Shown: positions 38,051 through 53,893, counted from the stretch's first letter. The stretch: DNA of 64,000 nt from Octopus sinensis (GCF_006345805.1 NC_043000.1:88970001-89034000), one strand, 5' to 3'. Numbers and translations: made by a program. The notes: generated by a model not told the origin, from the sequence alone.

Positions 38051-38202
38051 TGTATAACAATGATAAATCTCAGAGCGAGATATAATACAGAAATATAATT
38101 AATATAATTAAGGGTGAAATATAATTAATTTAATAAAATCAATAAATTTCACCTAGTAGTATTTCGGTATGGAAAGGACCGTATTCGGTAAAAATTATAT
38201 AA

Positions 38203-38720
38203 TTATAATAAAGGGTTTTTTGCAACAAGTTGCTTAAACCACATACTGAAAATATTAGAAATAGCAGTCAAAGGGCTACTATTACTATTACTACAAAAAT
38301 AAGTCTCCACAAACAACAGTATTTGTAACTCATATATGGTAAAAAGAAGAAAGGAAAACAAAAGAAAACACAATCTACTGGATTTGTTTGTGGAGACTTA
38401 TTTTTGTAGTAATAGTAATAGTAGCCCTTTGACTGCTATTTCTAATATTTTCAGTATGTGGTTTAACCCTTTAGTATTTAAACCGGCCATATCCGGCCAA
38501 AATAGTTAATCTGTTTTCTGTTCAAACTGACCAGATCCAGGCTCTCACACCTACCCTACAATGTTATTCTACATCAAGTAATTACACCATCAAGATCTTG
38601 AAGATATGAGATAATGCATGATTAATTCAAATCAATGGGAATCAATAAGCATTATGTTTGATAGAATAATCTGAACACTAAAGGGTTAAGCAACTTGTTG
38701 CAAAAAACCCTTTGTTATAA
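38203..38720. repeat. Near-perfect inverted repeat (~113-bp arms), right arm split by a MITE
   Basis: Left arm 38203-38316; right arm 38384-38466 plus 38690-38720. Confidence 0.9.
38467..38685 (+). mobile_element. piggyBac-type MITE (~219 bp)
   Basis: TTAA|CCCTTTAG…CTAAAGGG|TTAA; the empty site is preserved in the opposite arm of the host palindrome. Confidence 0.9.
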
Positions 38721-38767
<47 letters not shown>

Positions 38768-38768
<1 letters not shown>

Positions 38769-39185
38769 TTTTACTCTTTTACTTGTTTCAGTCATTTGAC
38801 TGCGGCCATGCTGGAGCACCACCTTTAGTCGAGCAAATCGACCCCGGGACTTATTCTTTGTAAGCCCAGTACTTATTCTATCAGTCTCTTTTGCGGAACC
38901 GCTAAGTGACGGGGACGTAAATATACCAGCCAGCATCGGTTGTCAAGCAATGTTAGGGGGACAAACACAGACACACAAACACATACACACACATACATAT
39001 ATATATATATATACATATATACGACAGGCTTCTTTCAGTTTCCGTCTACCAAATCCACTCACAAGGCATTGGTCAGCCCGGGGCTATAGCAGAAGACACT
39101 TGCCCAAGATGCCACGCAGTGGGACTGAACCCGGAACCATGTGATTGGTTAGCAAGCTACTTACCACACATCCACTCCTGTGCCT
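38768..39185 (-). mobile_element. SINE family A, full length
   Basis: Reverse-complement match. Confidence 0.9.
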
Positions 39186-39568
39186 ATATTTATATATAAA
39201 AGAAGAAAATGGAGATTGAGAAGTTAATAATTGTTCATTATTAGCAGCAAATTTATCATCTTCACTTACAGCTGTTTCGATTAATACTCAGCTATTATTA
39301 ATTAAATATTAAATTTATATTTATATGACCGGAGCATAATATAACTGCTTGACAACCAGTGTTGTTTTGTTTGCATTCCTGTAACTTAGCTGCTCAGCAA
39401 GACAGACTAACAATAAATGCAAAGCTTTAAGACAAAATAAGTACTGGTGTCTATTCATTAAGCTAAAACCCTATGAGGTGATGCCCCAGCATGGCTACAA
39501 CCTAACAACTAAAACAAATAAAAGAATTAAAGAATATTAACTTCAGTTTTTATCTTTCTGTTTTACAG

Positions 39569-39703
39569 ATTCACCAGAGAGTCTTTGACTATTTGATTGA
39601 GAAATTTGTAACATATAAACCATTACTGTTACGTATAAAAAATCAATACGAAATGGCTTTTGATAAATTGATATCAGAAATTGAATACCTGAAGCCACTC
39701 AAA
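39569..39703 (+). CDS. TSNAXIP1: Internal exon of TSNAXIP1-like gene
   Basis: TTTTACAG| … AAA|GTAAGT, 135 bp, phase 0/0: IHQRVFDYLIEKFVTYKPLLLRIKNQYEMAFDKLISEIEYLKPLK, matching the recalled hallmark EIFEFFIEDFKTYKPLLSSIKNAYE…LEPLK. Confidence 0.92.
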
Positions 39704-41392
39704 GTAAGTGAATGATTTTATAAAACACTAAATCTTATGTTAGTAGAGTCACAAAGCTTAACAATTTAGCATTAAAACCAGCCATAACCAGCTCAAATAA
39801 ACTGGCCAGATCCAACCTTTCACACCTACCCTACAATGTCATTCTAAAAATGTACCATCACATCATCAAAATACTGAAGCTACGAGATAATGCCTGATTA
39901 ATTCAAAACATTGTGGCATTGCTGTCTGGTAAGCAGTTTACTTCCCAACCACATGGTTCCGGGTTCAGTCCCACAGCATGATACCTTGAGCAAATGTCTT
40001 CTACTATAGCTCCTGGCCAACTAAGGCCTTGTGAATGGATTTGGTAGATGGAAACTGAAAGAAGCCTGTCATGTATATATGTGTGTATGTGTATGTCTTT
40101 GCATATGTGCATGTTATGTTCAAGAACATAACATACCACCCAGTTCAGAAATTGAACCCATGGCCTTATGATTGTAGATTCAACACTCTTACCACTGGGG
40201 CATGCTACTTTTTATAGCGGTGTACAGTGACATATAAACTCACTTATGCATAAATAAAGTAAGCAACTAGGTAAATACTGTCTCAAGTCCTATGACCTCT
40301 TCCTCTGGCATACTGAGCTCATGTTCTTATCAAACAGGACACCAGTCCATCAGAAGGTTAGTCTTTTAGATCTGAGTGGACTGGAGCAACATAAAAACAA
40401 AGTGTTTTGCTCAAAAACACAACACCCTACTGGGTCTGGGAATTGAAACCATGATCATAAGAACATGTATGCAACACTCTAACCACTAGGCCATGTGCCA
40501 AGTACTGGGGTCTATTTTTCTCTGTTTATCTCAATTTCACTCTCTCATAATTGGTTATGCTTCACTGAGAGGCATTGAAGGCCTCTCCCAATGTCCCTTG
40601 ACTTCTAGAAGGAACAGTTGGTAAGCAACAGAGGTTTAATTAGATGTTCTCATGTAACATGTTACAAAAACTCTTTGGTAAAGCTCTGTCTTATAGTGAT
40701 ATAATGTGGTACTCAAATATTTTAAAATGTATTTCATTGTCACTTTAAGATTGGCAGCTTTGGTGAGAAGGGATAAATGAAGAAATTATGGTAGAAGAGA
40801 GAATTTGCTGCTTCTTCATTAATGAGATATAACCTTTATTAGTCATTGTATATAGGCTTATGTCAAATTTGGCTGCCTACATCTCATTCAAAGGAGGCAA
40901 ATTAGTAGCTACTGTTTCTTCAGATTGATTCACATGAGCTTTCTGCTAACATATGTTCTGAATTCCTGTAGCTATTTCATTATAGAAATGCTCATCTCAG
41001 CATTGATGATTGTTTTATTGTCAGTATATTCATATCTCTCCATCTAGGAGTCCTCCACTATTACACTTTAATTCACTGTAGAGCACAGAATACTAATGTT
41101 GTCATGCAATTATAATTTGGCTCACACTATATATTACAATTACTTCCCTAAACTGCCAAAAGTTATAAATTCAATCCTATTATTGCATTTGCTAATAAAC
41201 CAGCCATTTGTTTCAAAGCTTTGAGTGTTTTTGTTTTTTTTGTTAAATAAGAGACAAGGCCAATCTTAGAATTTTGCTAAATTTTAATTTGACATTTTCC
41301 AGTACCTCACAAAATAATTATTTTCCCATTAATTCCTGTATCTTAAAGGCAAAGAGATAAAAAGTCATTTATTGATTGAGAAATATAAATTA

Positions 41393-41768
41393 CTAGCAGT
41401 ATTGCTCGGGTTTGTTTCGACCCTTTAGAATTGGAATTTTTGAAAAGTAAAAATTTTGCATTATGTAGCTTGTTATTCTCTTTAAGTGAACATTTTTCTG
41501 GTTGAAATACACTGAAAACTGGTGACACAGCAGTCAAAAAATCGTAAAAACAGGGATTTTCATAGGAAAAAAGCACCTTTTTGATGTTAATAATTTTTGG
41601 TGTTAACATGGTCCGATTTGAATTTTATCTTCTAAGGAAGGAAGAGTAAGCCTTCTATCATACTCTCAATTTTGGTCAACTTGCACCACAGGGTCTCGGA
41701 GGAGATAGTGTTAGTTGAAGGCTGCCAAACCTGCCATACACATAAAACTTCAGCTTTATATATAGAGA
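41393..41768 (-). mobile_element. Non-autonomous Helitron
   Basis: Minus strand A|TCTCTATATATAAAG … CCCGAGCAATACTGCTAG|T. Confidence 0.65.
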
Positions 41769-43199
41769 TTACTTCCCTAAACTGCCAAAAGTTATAAATT
41801 CAATCCTATTATTACATTTGCTAATAAACCAGCCAAATTTGTTTCAAAGCTTTGAGTATTTTTTTTTTGTTGTTGTTAAATAAGAGACAAGGCTAATCCT
41901 AGAATTCTGCTAAATTTTAATTTGAGATTTTCCAGTACCTCACAAAATAATTATTTTCCCATTAATTCCCGTATCTTAAAGGCAAGAAGATAAAAAGTCA
42001 TTTATTCCTTGTTTCTCACATGCAAAGAAATTCCATTGCCCTCATAATTACTGACTTTAAAATACATATAATCCTTACAGAACAATTATATCAATAATCA
42101 AGTTTTAAATGATATTTCTGAGTGGTATAGGTACATGGTTTCTAGATCAATGATGAGGGCTTAAATCATGTCATATGGATTGAATTGTGATCTTAAATTA
42201 TCTGACTGTTATTATCTCCGTCTTCTAAACTGAAGGAGATTTGTTCCTATATAATTGTTAATTAGTTGAAATTCTGATGAACACTATGGTTGAATAATTC
42301 CTGTAATTGTATAATTATTGTTATTCCTACTCAGTATCATTCAAATGATACCGACACTAGAATAACTGGAAACGATTTTTTTAAACTTTATATAAAAGAC
42401 AGAAAAGCAAGAAACAAAAGAATATTGATTTCAAATTTTGGCACAAGAACAGCAATTTCAGAGGCTGGGGTTAATTGGTTATATCAACCCCAGTCTTATG
42501 GTACTTATTTTATTGACCCCCAAAAGGATGAAGGGTAAAGTCAACCATGGCAGAATTTGAACTCAGAACATAAGGATGGACAAAATGCCGCAAAGCATTT
42601 TGCCTGATATGCTAACAGTTCTGCCAGTTTGCTGCCTTGAAGCATAAGAATATTTTTTATGGTGAAAGGTACCATTTACAGTTGACCTTTAATTTATATG
42701 GCCCTTGTTTTGTACAGATTCACTTTAGTGTGATTCTAGTTTTGATCAAATTTTTTTTTTTTTTTGTGGAAAGAACCTGTGGAAGAGACCCTGGAAGATA
42801 TGGGATGAGGTGGTGAAGCATGATCTCTGAAAGTAGGGACTCAGGAGGGAAATGACAAGTGATTGAGACCTTTGGTGATTTGCTGTGCTTAAGACTTGTT
42901 GAGCCAAGTGAAATCATAGTTAGGGTTAGTTGTAGCCAGTACTAGTAACATGTAAAAGGCACCTGTGCTGGTGACACATAAAAGGCTCCCACTACTGGTT
43001 GGCATTAGGAAGGCACCCACTAGTGGTTGGCACTAGGAAGCGTGTCCAATTGAAGAAACCAAGCCAAATAAGACTGGAACCTGGTACAGCTCTCTGGTTT
43101 ACAAGTCCCAGTCAAACCGTCTGACCCATGCCCATATGGAAAGCTGACGCTAAATGATGATGATGATGATGCCACTGCTGTCAGCACCAATGAAGACAA

Positions 43200-43202
43200 A
43201 GG

Positions 43203-43257
<55 letters not shown>

Positions 43258-43412
43258 TTGCTGCTTTTACTACTACTAATGCTACTGCTGCTACTACTAC
43301 TACTACTGCTGCTTTTACTACTACTACTGCTACTGCTGTTACTACTACTACTATTACTGCTGCTACTACTACTGCTGCTGCTACTACTACTACTTCTTCT
43401 TCTTCTTCTTTG
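43200..43412. repeat. (CTA/CTG)n trinucleotide microsatellite
   Basis: Directly visible. Confidence 0.95.
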
Positions 43413-43559
43413 TCATTACCACTTTAGAGTTTCATTTTTACCTTCATTTCAATGCTTCAGTATTGGAAGTAGACCATGTTCAAGTCTAACACATAAGTTG
43501 GACATCATATTTTTTTTACATTTCAGTAAATATTTTTAAGATAAAATAATACAATTACA

Positions 43560-43830
43560 ACTGGGAAAAATGTCAATTTCTCTGGAAATATTAAATCAAT
43601 TGCAAAATGAAAAGAGTTCAAGAGAAACTGCTAAACAGTTTAATATTATTACAGAAAGTCTGAGAACATTGTAATGAAATGAATTAAAATATCACAGTGT
43701 ATATAATTACTAAATCTTCAATAACTTTAAAACATACATCATACATAGAAGTAAAATGGAAGCAATGGAAAAAGTGCTATTATTTTGGATGGAAGGTAAA
43801 GCCCAATATCACAACAGTTCTTTTGTATGT
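43560..43830 (+). mobile_element. Tigger/pogo transposase N-terminal relic (CENP-B-type HTH)
   Basis: MSISLEILNQLQNEKSSRETAKQFNI…LRTL, then RSKMEAMEKVLLFWMEGKAQ; stops present. Confidence 0.7.
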
Positions 43831-44446
43831 GTGTCTGTGTGAATACATAAATTGGATCATCCCATTAATTATGATATATATATCATCATCATCATCATTT
43901 AATGTTCATTTGTTTATGTGGCCATGGGCTGGACGGTTTGACCAGGGCTGACAGAGTGTAAGCATCTTGGGCATTAGAGGCATCGGATGTGGTGTGATAG
44001 AGAGAAGACTGTGCTGATATGGTCATGTGATGCATATGGATGAGGACTGCTGCATAAAAGAGTGCAAATCTCTAATTCTGGAAGGAACCAGTGGAAGAGG
44101 TAGACCCAGGAAGACATGGGATGAGGTGGTGAAGCATGATCTTCAGACGTTGAGGCAATGACAAGTGATCAAGAATTTTGACAATTTGGTGTGCTTGAAA
44201 AGATATGCCAAGCCATGGGAAATCATAGCCATGGACAGTGCTAGTGAGACATAAAAGGCACCCATGTCAGTAACACACATAAGGCACCCATTACACTCTT
44301 GGAGTGGTTGGTGATAGGAAAGGCATCCAGCTGTAGAAACCAAACCAAATTAAACTGAAGCCTGATACAGCTCTCTGTTATACAAGTCCCAGTCAAACCA
44401 TCTAATCCATGCCAGCATAGAAAATGGACACTAAATGATGATGAGG

Positions 44447-46372
<1,926 letters not shown>

Positions 46373-46649
46373 AATATACATTTTTAAGTTAAATCCCAAC
46401 TGTTTCCTCTTGAAGCACATCTGCTTATTCCATTGTTATAATCAATATGTATCCATTATTACTGTTGTATTTAAATCAAAACACATTAAAATCGAAGAGT
46501 TTGGAAATATTATTTGGAGAGTTGTTGAATAAACAAAACAAAAAAACCGAAATATGAAAAATACCCAAAAATCTCCTATTTTCCTGTTTTGTTGATATAT
46601 ATACAAATATATATATATATGTATGTATATATATATGTATGTATATATG

Positions 46650-46743
<94 letters not shown>

Positions 46744-46888
46744 CGTGTGTGTGAGTAGAAAAACTTACTTGGAAATGGACGTGTGGCATTCAATCAAATA
46801 AAAATAGAAATAATATATTTCTATATACAGGCATATATATATATATATATATACCTGCATATATATACACACACATATATATGTATAC

Positions 46889-46919
<31 letters not shown>

Positions 46920-47351
46920 GGGTAAAGGATATCACAAGCCATAAACAACATGAAATACGAAAACAAATGAGTTGAATATGCAAACAACGAGAGAAACAAA
47001 TGGAAAACAGAACAAATAGTATAAAGAATAAACCTTCATCAGTTGTCGGCTGTCCATCTACTCCTCATTTCGAGCATTAAATGACAATATGAGTCTTTGA
47101 AGGTAGTTGCTCCCACAAGAGCCAGAATAAAATTTGAGATTTATGGAGGATCAAATTTGGTAAGAAAAACAGGACTTCAACGGCACATGTCATTCAGTGC
47201 TCGAAATGAGGAGTAGATGGACAGCTGACAACTGATGAAAGGTTGTTATGTATGTTACTTGTCTTATTTTCAATTTGTTTCTCTTGTTTGCATATTGAAC
47301 TCATTTGTTTTCGTATTTCATGTTGTTTATGGTTTGTGATGTCCTGCCCCC
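46920..47351. repeat. Inverted repeat (~165-bp arms, ~100-bp spacer), Penelope-LTR-like
   Basis: Arms 46920-47086 and 47188-47351; a third related copy at ~54560-54815. Confidence 0.8.
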
Positions 47352-47555
47352 ATATATGCACATACACACAGTGGAGACACATGGCCTGGTGGTTAGAGTA
47401 GCGAACTCGCAGTTGAGGGATCACGGGCTCGAATCTCAGATTGGACGATGTGTGTGCTGATGAGCGAAACATCTAAGCTCCACGCGGCTCCAGCAGAAGG
47501 TAAAGGTGAAACTTCTGCTGATCTATATATACATATATATATATGATATATAATA

Positions 47556-47590
<35 letters not shown>

Positions 47591-47607
47591 TGATATATAT
47601 ACATATA

Positions 47608-47642
<35 letters not shown>

Positions 47643-47704
47643 GAATATATATGTATATATATTATGATATATATATGTATATATATATAATATATATATA
47701 TATA

Positions 47705-50700
47705 TCCGAATTCCTTTTGCCAAGTCTGTCCGTAAACGAAGTGATCCCAGATAAGAAATCTTTGAATTTAATTCACCCCGTATCTCTATTTATTATTATT
47801 TATTATGTATCATTATTCTGAGCCCCCTAGTTGCCACTCTGTTTTACTATTCAGCCTCGCCTCGTTTTTGCATATTCTGTATAATTCATTAGTTATCGTT
47901 ATAGATATTTAAGGTCTATCTCCCTTACAGGGCTGATCGAATTGGCCGCCGATTTCTTCGCGGGGTTCTCTTCCCCTTCTCTCCCCCTCTTTTACATTGT
48001 CTGTCTGGACTCCTCTCTTCCTACTTCTCTCCATGGCTATGCATACTTAAGCTAGTAACCTGCCTCATCTTGATTCCGAATTCCTTTTGCCAAGTCTGTC
48101 CGTAACGAAGTGATCCCAAGATAAGAAATCTTTGAACTTTAATTCACCCCGTATCTCTATTTATTATTATTATTATGTATCATTATTCTGAGCCCCCTAG
48201 TCGCCACTCTGTTTACTATTTCAGCCTCGCCTCGTTTTTGCATATTCTGTATAATTCATTAGTTTCGTTATAGATATTTAAGATCTATCTCCCTTACAGG
48301 GCTGATCGAATGGCCGCCGATTTCTTCGCGGGGTTCTCTTCCCCTTCTCTCCCCCTCTTTTACATTGTCTGTCTGGACTCCTCTCTTCCTACTTCTCTCC
48401 ATGGCTATGCATACTTAAGCTAGTAACCTGCCTCATTCTTGATTCCAAATTCCTTTTGCCAAGTCTGTCCGTAAACGAAGTGATCCCAAGATAAGAAATC
48501 TTTGAACTTTAATTCACCCCGTATCTCTATTTATTATTATTTATTAGTATCATTATTCTGAGCCCCCTAGTCGCCACTCTGTTTACTATTTCAGCCTCGC
48601 CTCGTTTTTGCATATTCTGTATAATTCTTAGTTATCGTTATAGATATTTAAGATCTATCTCCCTTACAGGGCTGATCGAATTGGCCGCCGATTTCTTCGC
48701 GGGGTTCTCTTCCCCTTCTCTACCCCCTCTTTTTACATTGTCTGTCTGGACTCCTCTCTTCCTACTTCTCTCCATGGCTATGCATACTTAAGCTAGTAAC
48801 CTGCCTCATTCTTGATTCCAAATTCCTTTTGCCAAGTCTGTCCGTAAACGAAGTGATCTCAAGATAAGAAATCTTTGAAATTTAATTCACCCCGTATCTC
48901 TATTTATATTATTTATTATGTATCATTATTCTGAGCCCCCTAGTCGCCACTCTGTTTACTATTTCAGCCTCGCCTCGTTTTGGCATATTCTGTATAATTC
49001 ATTGTTATCGTTATAGATATTTAAGATCTATCTCCCTTACAGGGCTGATCGAATTGGCCCCCGATTTCTTCGGGGGTTCTCTTCCCCTTCTCTCCCCCTT
49101 TTTACATTGTCTGTCTGGACTCCTCTCTTCCTACTTCTCTCCATGGCTATGCATACTTAAGCTAGTAACCTGCCTCATTCTTGATTCCGAATTCCTTTTG
49201 CCAAGTCTGTCCGTAAACGAAGTGATCCCAGATAAGAAATCTTTGAACTTTAATTCACCCCGTATCTCTATTTATTATTATTTATTATGTATCATTATTC
49301 TGAGCCCCCTAGTCGCCACTCTGTTTACTATTTCAGCCTCGCCTCGTTTTTGCATATTCTGTATAATTCATTAGTTATCGTTATAGATATTTAAGATCTA
49401 TCTCCCTTACAGGGCTGATCGAATTGGCCGTCCGATTTCTTCGCGGGGTCTCTTCCCCTTCTCTCCCCCTCTTTTTACATTGTCTGTCTGGACCCTCTCT
49501 TCCTACTCTCTCCATGGCTATGCATACTTAAGCTAGTAACCTGCCTCATTCTTGATTCCGAATTCCTTTTGCCAAGTCTGTCCGTAAACGAAGTGATCCC
49601 AAGATAAGAAATCTTTGAACTTTAATTCACCCCGTATCTCTATTTATTATTATTTATTATGTATCATTATTCTGAGCCCCCTAGTCGCCACTCTGTTTAC
49701 TATTTCAGCCTCGCCTCGTTTTTGCATATTCTGTATAATTCATTAGTTATCGTTATAGATATTTAAGATCTATCTCCCTACAGGGCTGATCGAATTGGCC
49801 GCCGATTTCTTCGCGGGGTTCTCTTCCCCTTCTCTCCCCCTCTTTTTACATTGTCTGTCTGGACTCCTCTCTTCCTACTTCTCTCCATGGCTATGCATAC
49901 TTAAGCTAGTAACCTGCCTCATTCTTGATTCCAATTCCTTTTGCCAAGTCTGTCCGTAAACGAAGTGATCTCAAGATAAGAAATCTTTGAACTTTAATTC
50001 ACCCCGTATCTCTATTTATTATTATTTATTATGTATCATTATTCTGAGCCCCCTAGTCGCCACTCTGTTTACCTTTCAGCCTCGCCTCGTTTTTGCATAT
50101 TCTGTATAATTCATTAGTTATCGTTATAGATATTTAAGATCTATCTCCCTTACAGGGCTGATCGAATTGGCCACCGATTTCTTCGCGGGGTTCTCTTCCC
50201 CTTCTCTCCCCCTCTTTTTACATTGTCTGTCTGGACTCCTCTCTTCCTACTTCTCTCCATGGCTATGCATACTTAAGCTAGTAACCTGCCTCATTCTTGA
50301 TTCCGAATTCCTTTTGCCAAGTCTGTCCGTAAACGAAGTGATCCCAAGATAAGAAATCTTTGAACTTTAATTCACCCGTATCTCTATTTATTATTATTTA
50401 TTATGTATCATTATTCTGAGCCCCCTAGTCGCCACTCTGTTTACTATTTCAGCCTCGCCTCGTTTTTGCATATTCTGTATAATTCATTAGTTATCGTTAT
50501 AGATATTTAAGATCTATCTCCCTTACAGGCTGATCGAATTGGCCGCCGATTTCTTCGCGGGGTTTTCTTCCCCTTCTCTCCCCCCCTTCTCTCCCCCCCT
50601 TTTTACATTGTCTGTCTGGACTCCTCTCTTCTACTTCTCTCCATGGCTATGCATACTTAAGCTAGTAACCTGCCTCATTCTTGATTCCAAATTCTTTTGC

Positions 50701-53166
50701 CAAGTCTGTCCGTAAACGAAGTGATCCAAGATAAGAATCTTTGAACTTTAATTCACCCCGTATCTCTATTTATTATTATTTATTATGTATCATTATTCTG
50801 AGCCCCCTAGTCGCCACTCTGTTTACTATTTCAGCCTCGCCTCGTTTTTGCATATTCTGTATAATTCATTAGTTATCGTTATAGATATTTAAGATCTATC
50901 TCCCTTACAGGGCTGATCGAATTGGCCGCCGATTTCTTCGCGGGGTCTCTTTCCCCCTTCTCTCCCCCTTTTTACATTGTCTGTCTGGACTCCTCTCTTC
51001 CTACTTCTCTCCATGGCTATGCATACTTAAGCTAGTAACCTGCCTCATTCTTGATTCCGAATTCCTTTTGCCAAGTCTGTCCGTAAACGAAGTGATCCCA
51101 GATAAGAAATCTTTGAACTTTAATTCACCCCGTATCTCTATTTATTATTAGTTCTATGTATCATTATTCTGAGCCCCCTAGTCGCCACTCTGTTTACTAT
51201 TTCAGCCTCGCCTCGTTTTTGCATATTCTGTATAATTCATTAGTTATCGTTATAGATATTTAAGATCTATCTCCCTTACAGGGCTGATCGAATTGGCCGC
51301 CGATTTCTTCGCGGGGTTCTCTTCCCCTTCTCTCCCCCTCTTTTTACATTGTCTGTCTGGACTCCTCTCTTCCTACTTCTCTCCATGGCTATGCATACTT
51401 AAGCTAGACCTGCCTCATTCTTGATTCCGAATTCCTTTTGCCAAGTCTGTCCGTAACGAAGTGATCCCAAGATAAGAATCTTTGAACTTTAATTCACCCC
51501 GTATCTCTATTTATTATTATTTATTATGTATCATTATTCTGAGCCCCCTAGTCGCCACTCTGTTTACTATTTCAGCCTCGCCTCGTTTTTGCATATTCTG
51601 TATAATTCATTAGTTATCGTTATAGATATTTAAGATCTATCTCCCTTACAGGGCTGATCGAATTGGCCGCCGATTTCTTCGCGGGGTTCTCTTCCCCCTT
51701 CTCTCCCCCTCTTTTTACATTGTCTGTCTGGACTCCTCTCTTCCTACTTCTCTCCATGGCTATGCATACTTAAGCTAGTAACCTGCCTCATTCTTGATTC
51801 CAAATTCCTTTTGCCAAGTCTGTCCGTAAACGAAGTGATCTCAAGATAAGAAATCTTTGAACTTTAATTCACCCCGTATCTCTATTTATTATTATTTATT
51901 ATGTATCATTATTCTGAGCCCCCTAGTCGCCACTCTGTTTACTATTTCAGCCTCGCCTCGTTTTTGCATATTCTGTATAATTCATTAGTTATCGTTATAG
52001 ATATTTAAGATCTATCTCCCTTACAGGGCTGATCGAATTGGCCGCCGATTTCTTTGCGGGGTTCTCTTCCCCCTTCTCTCCCCCTCTTTTTACATTGTCT
52101 GTCTGGACTCCTCTCCTACTTCTCTCCATGGCTATGCATACTTAAGCTAGTAACCTGCCTCATTCTTGATTCCGAATTCCTTTTGCCAAGTCTGTCCGTA
52201 AACGAAGTGATCCCAAGATAAGAAATCTTTGAACTTTAATTCACCCCGTATCTCTATTTATATTATTTATTATGTATCATTATTCTGAGCCCCCTAGTCG
52301 CCACTCTGTTTACTATTTCAGCCTCGCCTCGTTTTTGCATATTCTGTATAATTCATTAGTTATCGTTTATATATTTAAGATCTATCTCCCTTACAGGGCT
52401 GATCGAATTGGCCGCCGATTCTTCGCGGGGTTCTCTTCCCCTTCTCTCCCCCTCTTTTTACATTGTCTGTCTGGACTCCTCTCTTCTACTTCTCTCCATG
52501 GCTATGCATACTTAAGCTAGTAACCTGCCTCATTCTTGATTCCAAATTCCTTTTGCCAAGTCTGTCCGTAAACGAAGTGATCCCAAGATAAGAAATCTTT
52601 GTTGAACTTTAATTCAAACCGTATCTCTATTTATTATTATTTATTATGTATCATTATTCTGAGCCCCCTAGTCGCCACTCTGTTTACTATTTCAGCCTCG
52701 GCCTCGTTTTTGCATATTCTGTATAATTCATTAGTTATCGTTATAGATATTTAAGATCTATCTCCCTTAACGGGCTGATCGAATTGGCCGCCGATTTCTT
52801 CGTGGGGTTCTCTTCCCCCTTCTCCCCCCTCTTTTTACATTGTCTGTCTGGACTCCTCTCTTCCTACTTCTCTCCATGGCTATGCATACTTAGCTAGTAA
52901 CCTGCCTCATCTTGATCCGAATCCTTTTGCCAAGTCTGTCCGTAAACGAAGTGATCCCAAGATAAGAAATCTTTGAACTTTAATTCACCCCGTATCTTCT
53001 ATTATTATTTATTATGTATCATTATTCTGAGCCCCCAGTCGCCACTCTTTACTATTTCAGCCTCGCCTCGTTTTTGCATATTTGTATAATTCATTAGTTA
53101 TCGTTATAGATATTTAAGATCTATCTCCCTTACAGGGATGATCGAATTGCCGCCGATTCTTCGCGG
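47705..53166. repeat. Satellite array, ~371-bp unit, ~14.7 copies
   Basis: Units start near 47705, 48081, 48444, 48816, 49186, 49557, 49929, 50302, 50685, 51055, 51425, 51798, 52170, 52540, 52915. Confidence 0.98.
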
Positions 53167-53261
53167 CGCGCCCGCCCTACCCACCACCACCACCACCACC
53201 ACCACCAGCACCAATACCGGATATCTCTATTTTGCTCCAACTATACCGGATGTCGTTTCTC

Positions 53262-53893
53262 CCACCACCATTATAGGTGTCTACTCTTTGAACCCCCTCT
53301 CAATACGCTATTTCACCATGCATTACCCCTCTCTCGATATCCTACGTTCTACTTGTCTAGAACCTGTCCTCTGAACCACCCCTCCCACTGGTGCTCCCCT
53401 ATATTTCTGCACCCCCCCACCACCACCATTATAGGTGTCTACTCTTTGAACCCCCCTCTTCAATACGCTATTTCACCATGCATTACCCCTCTTTCGATAT
53501 CCTACGTTCTACTTGCCTAGAACCTGTCCTCTGAACCACCCCTCCCACTGGTGCTCCCCTATATTTCTGCACCCCCCCACCACCATTATAGGTGTCTACT
53601 CTTTGAACCCCCCTCTTCAATACGCTATTTCACCATGCATTACCCCTCTCTCGATATCCTACGTTCTACTTGCCTAGAACCTGTCCTCAGTACCACCCCT
53701 CCCACTGGTGCTCCCCTATATTTCTGCACCCCCCCACCACCATTATAGGTGTCTACTCTTTGAACCCCCCTCTTCAATACGCTATTTCACCATGCATTAC
53801 CCCTCTCTCGATTTCCTACGTTCTACTTGCCTAGAACCTGTCCTCTGAACCACCCCTCCCACTGGTGCTCCCCTATATTTCTGCACCCCCCCC
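53262..53893. repeat. C-rich tandem repeat, 157-bp unit, ~4 copies
   Basis: TTATAGGTGT recurs at 53271, 53429, 53586 and 53743. Confidence 0.95.

Noticed and set aside
38150-38195. Hammerhead-like CCGAATA-CGGT…ACCG-AAA on minus
   Set aside because: Core lacks G8 and G12 in any consistent register.
43540-43680. Coiled-coil-like frame that first looked like an out-of-order TSNAXIP1 exon (scrambled exons)
   Set aside because: It and the downstream frame fit a Tigger/pogo transposase HTH better; it has stops and no good donor.
47196-47250. Hammerhead from GAAA…CTGATGA (also at ~54665)
   Set aside because: I could not build stems I-III in any circular permutation.
47705-53166. Satellite as a retrozyme, HDV-like ribozyme or coding repeat (CTGATCGA, GGCCGCC, ORFs at 49054 and 50167)
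   Set aside because: CTGATCGA has an extra base and no nearby stem II/GAAA; no P1 partner for GGCCGCC; the frame is not kept between units.
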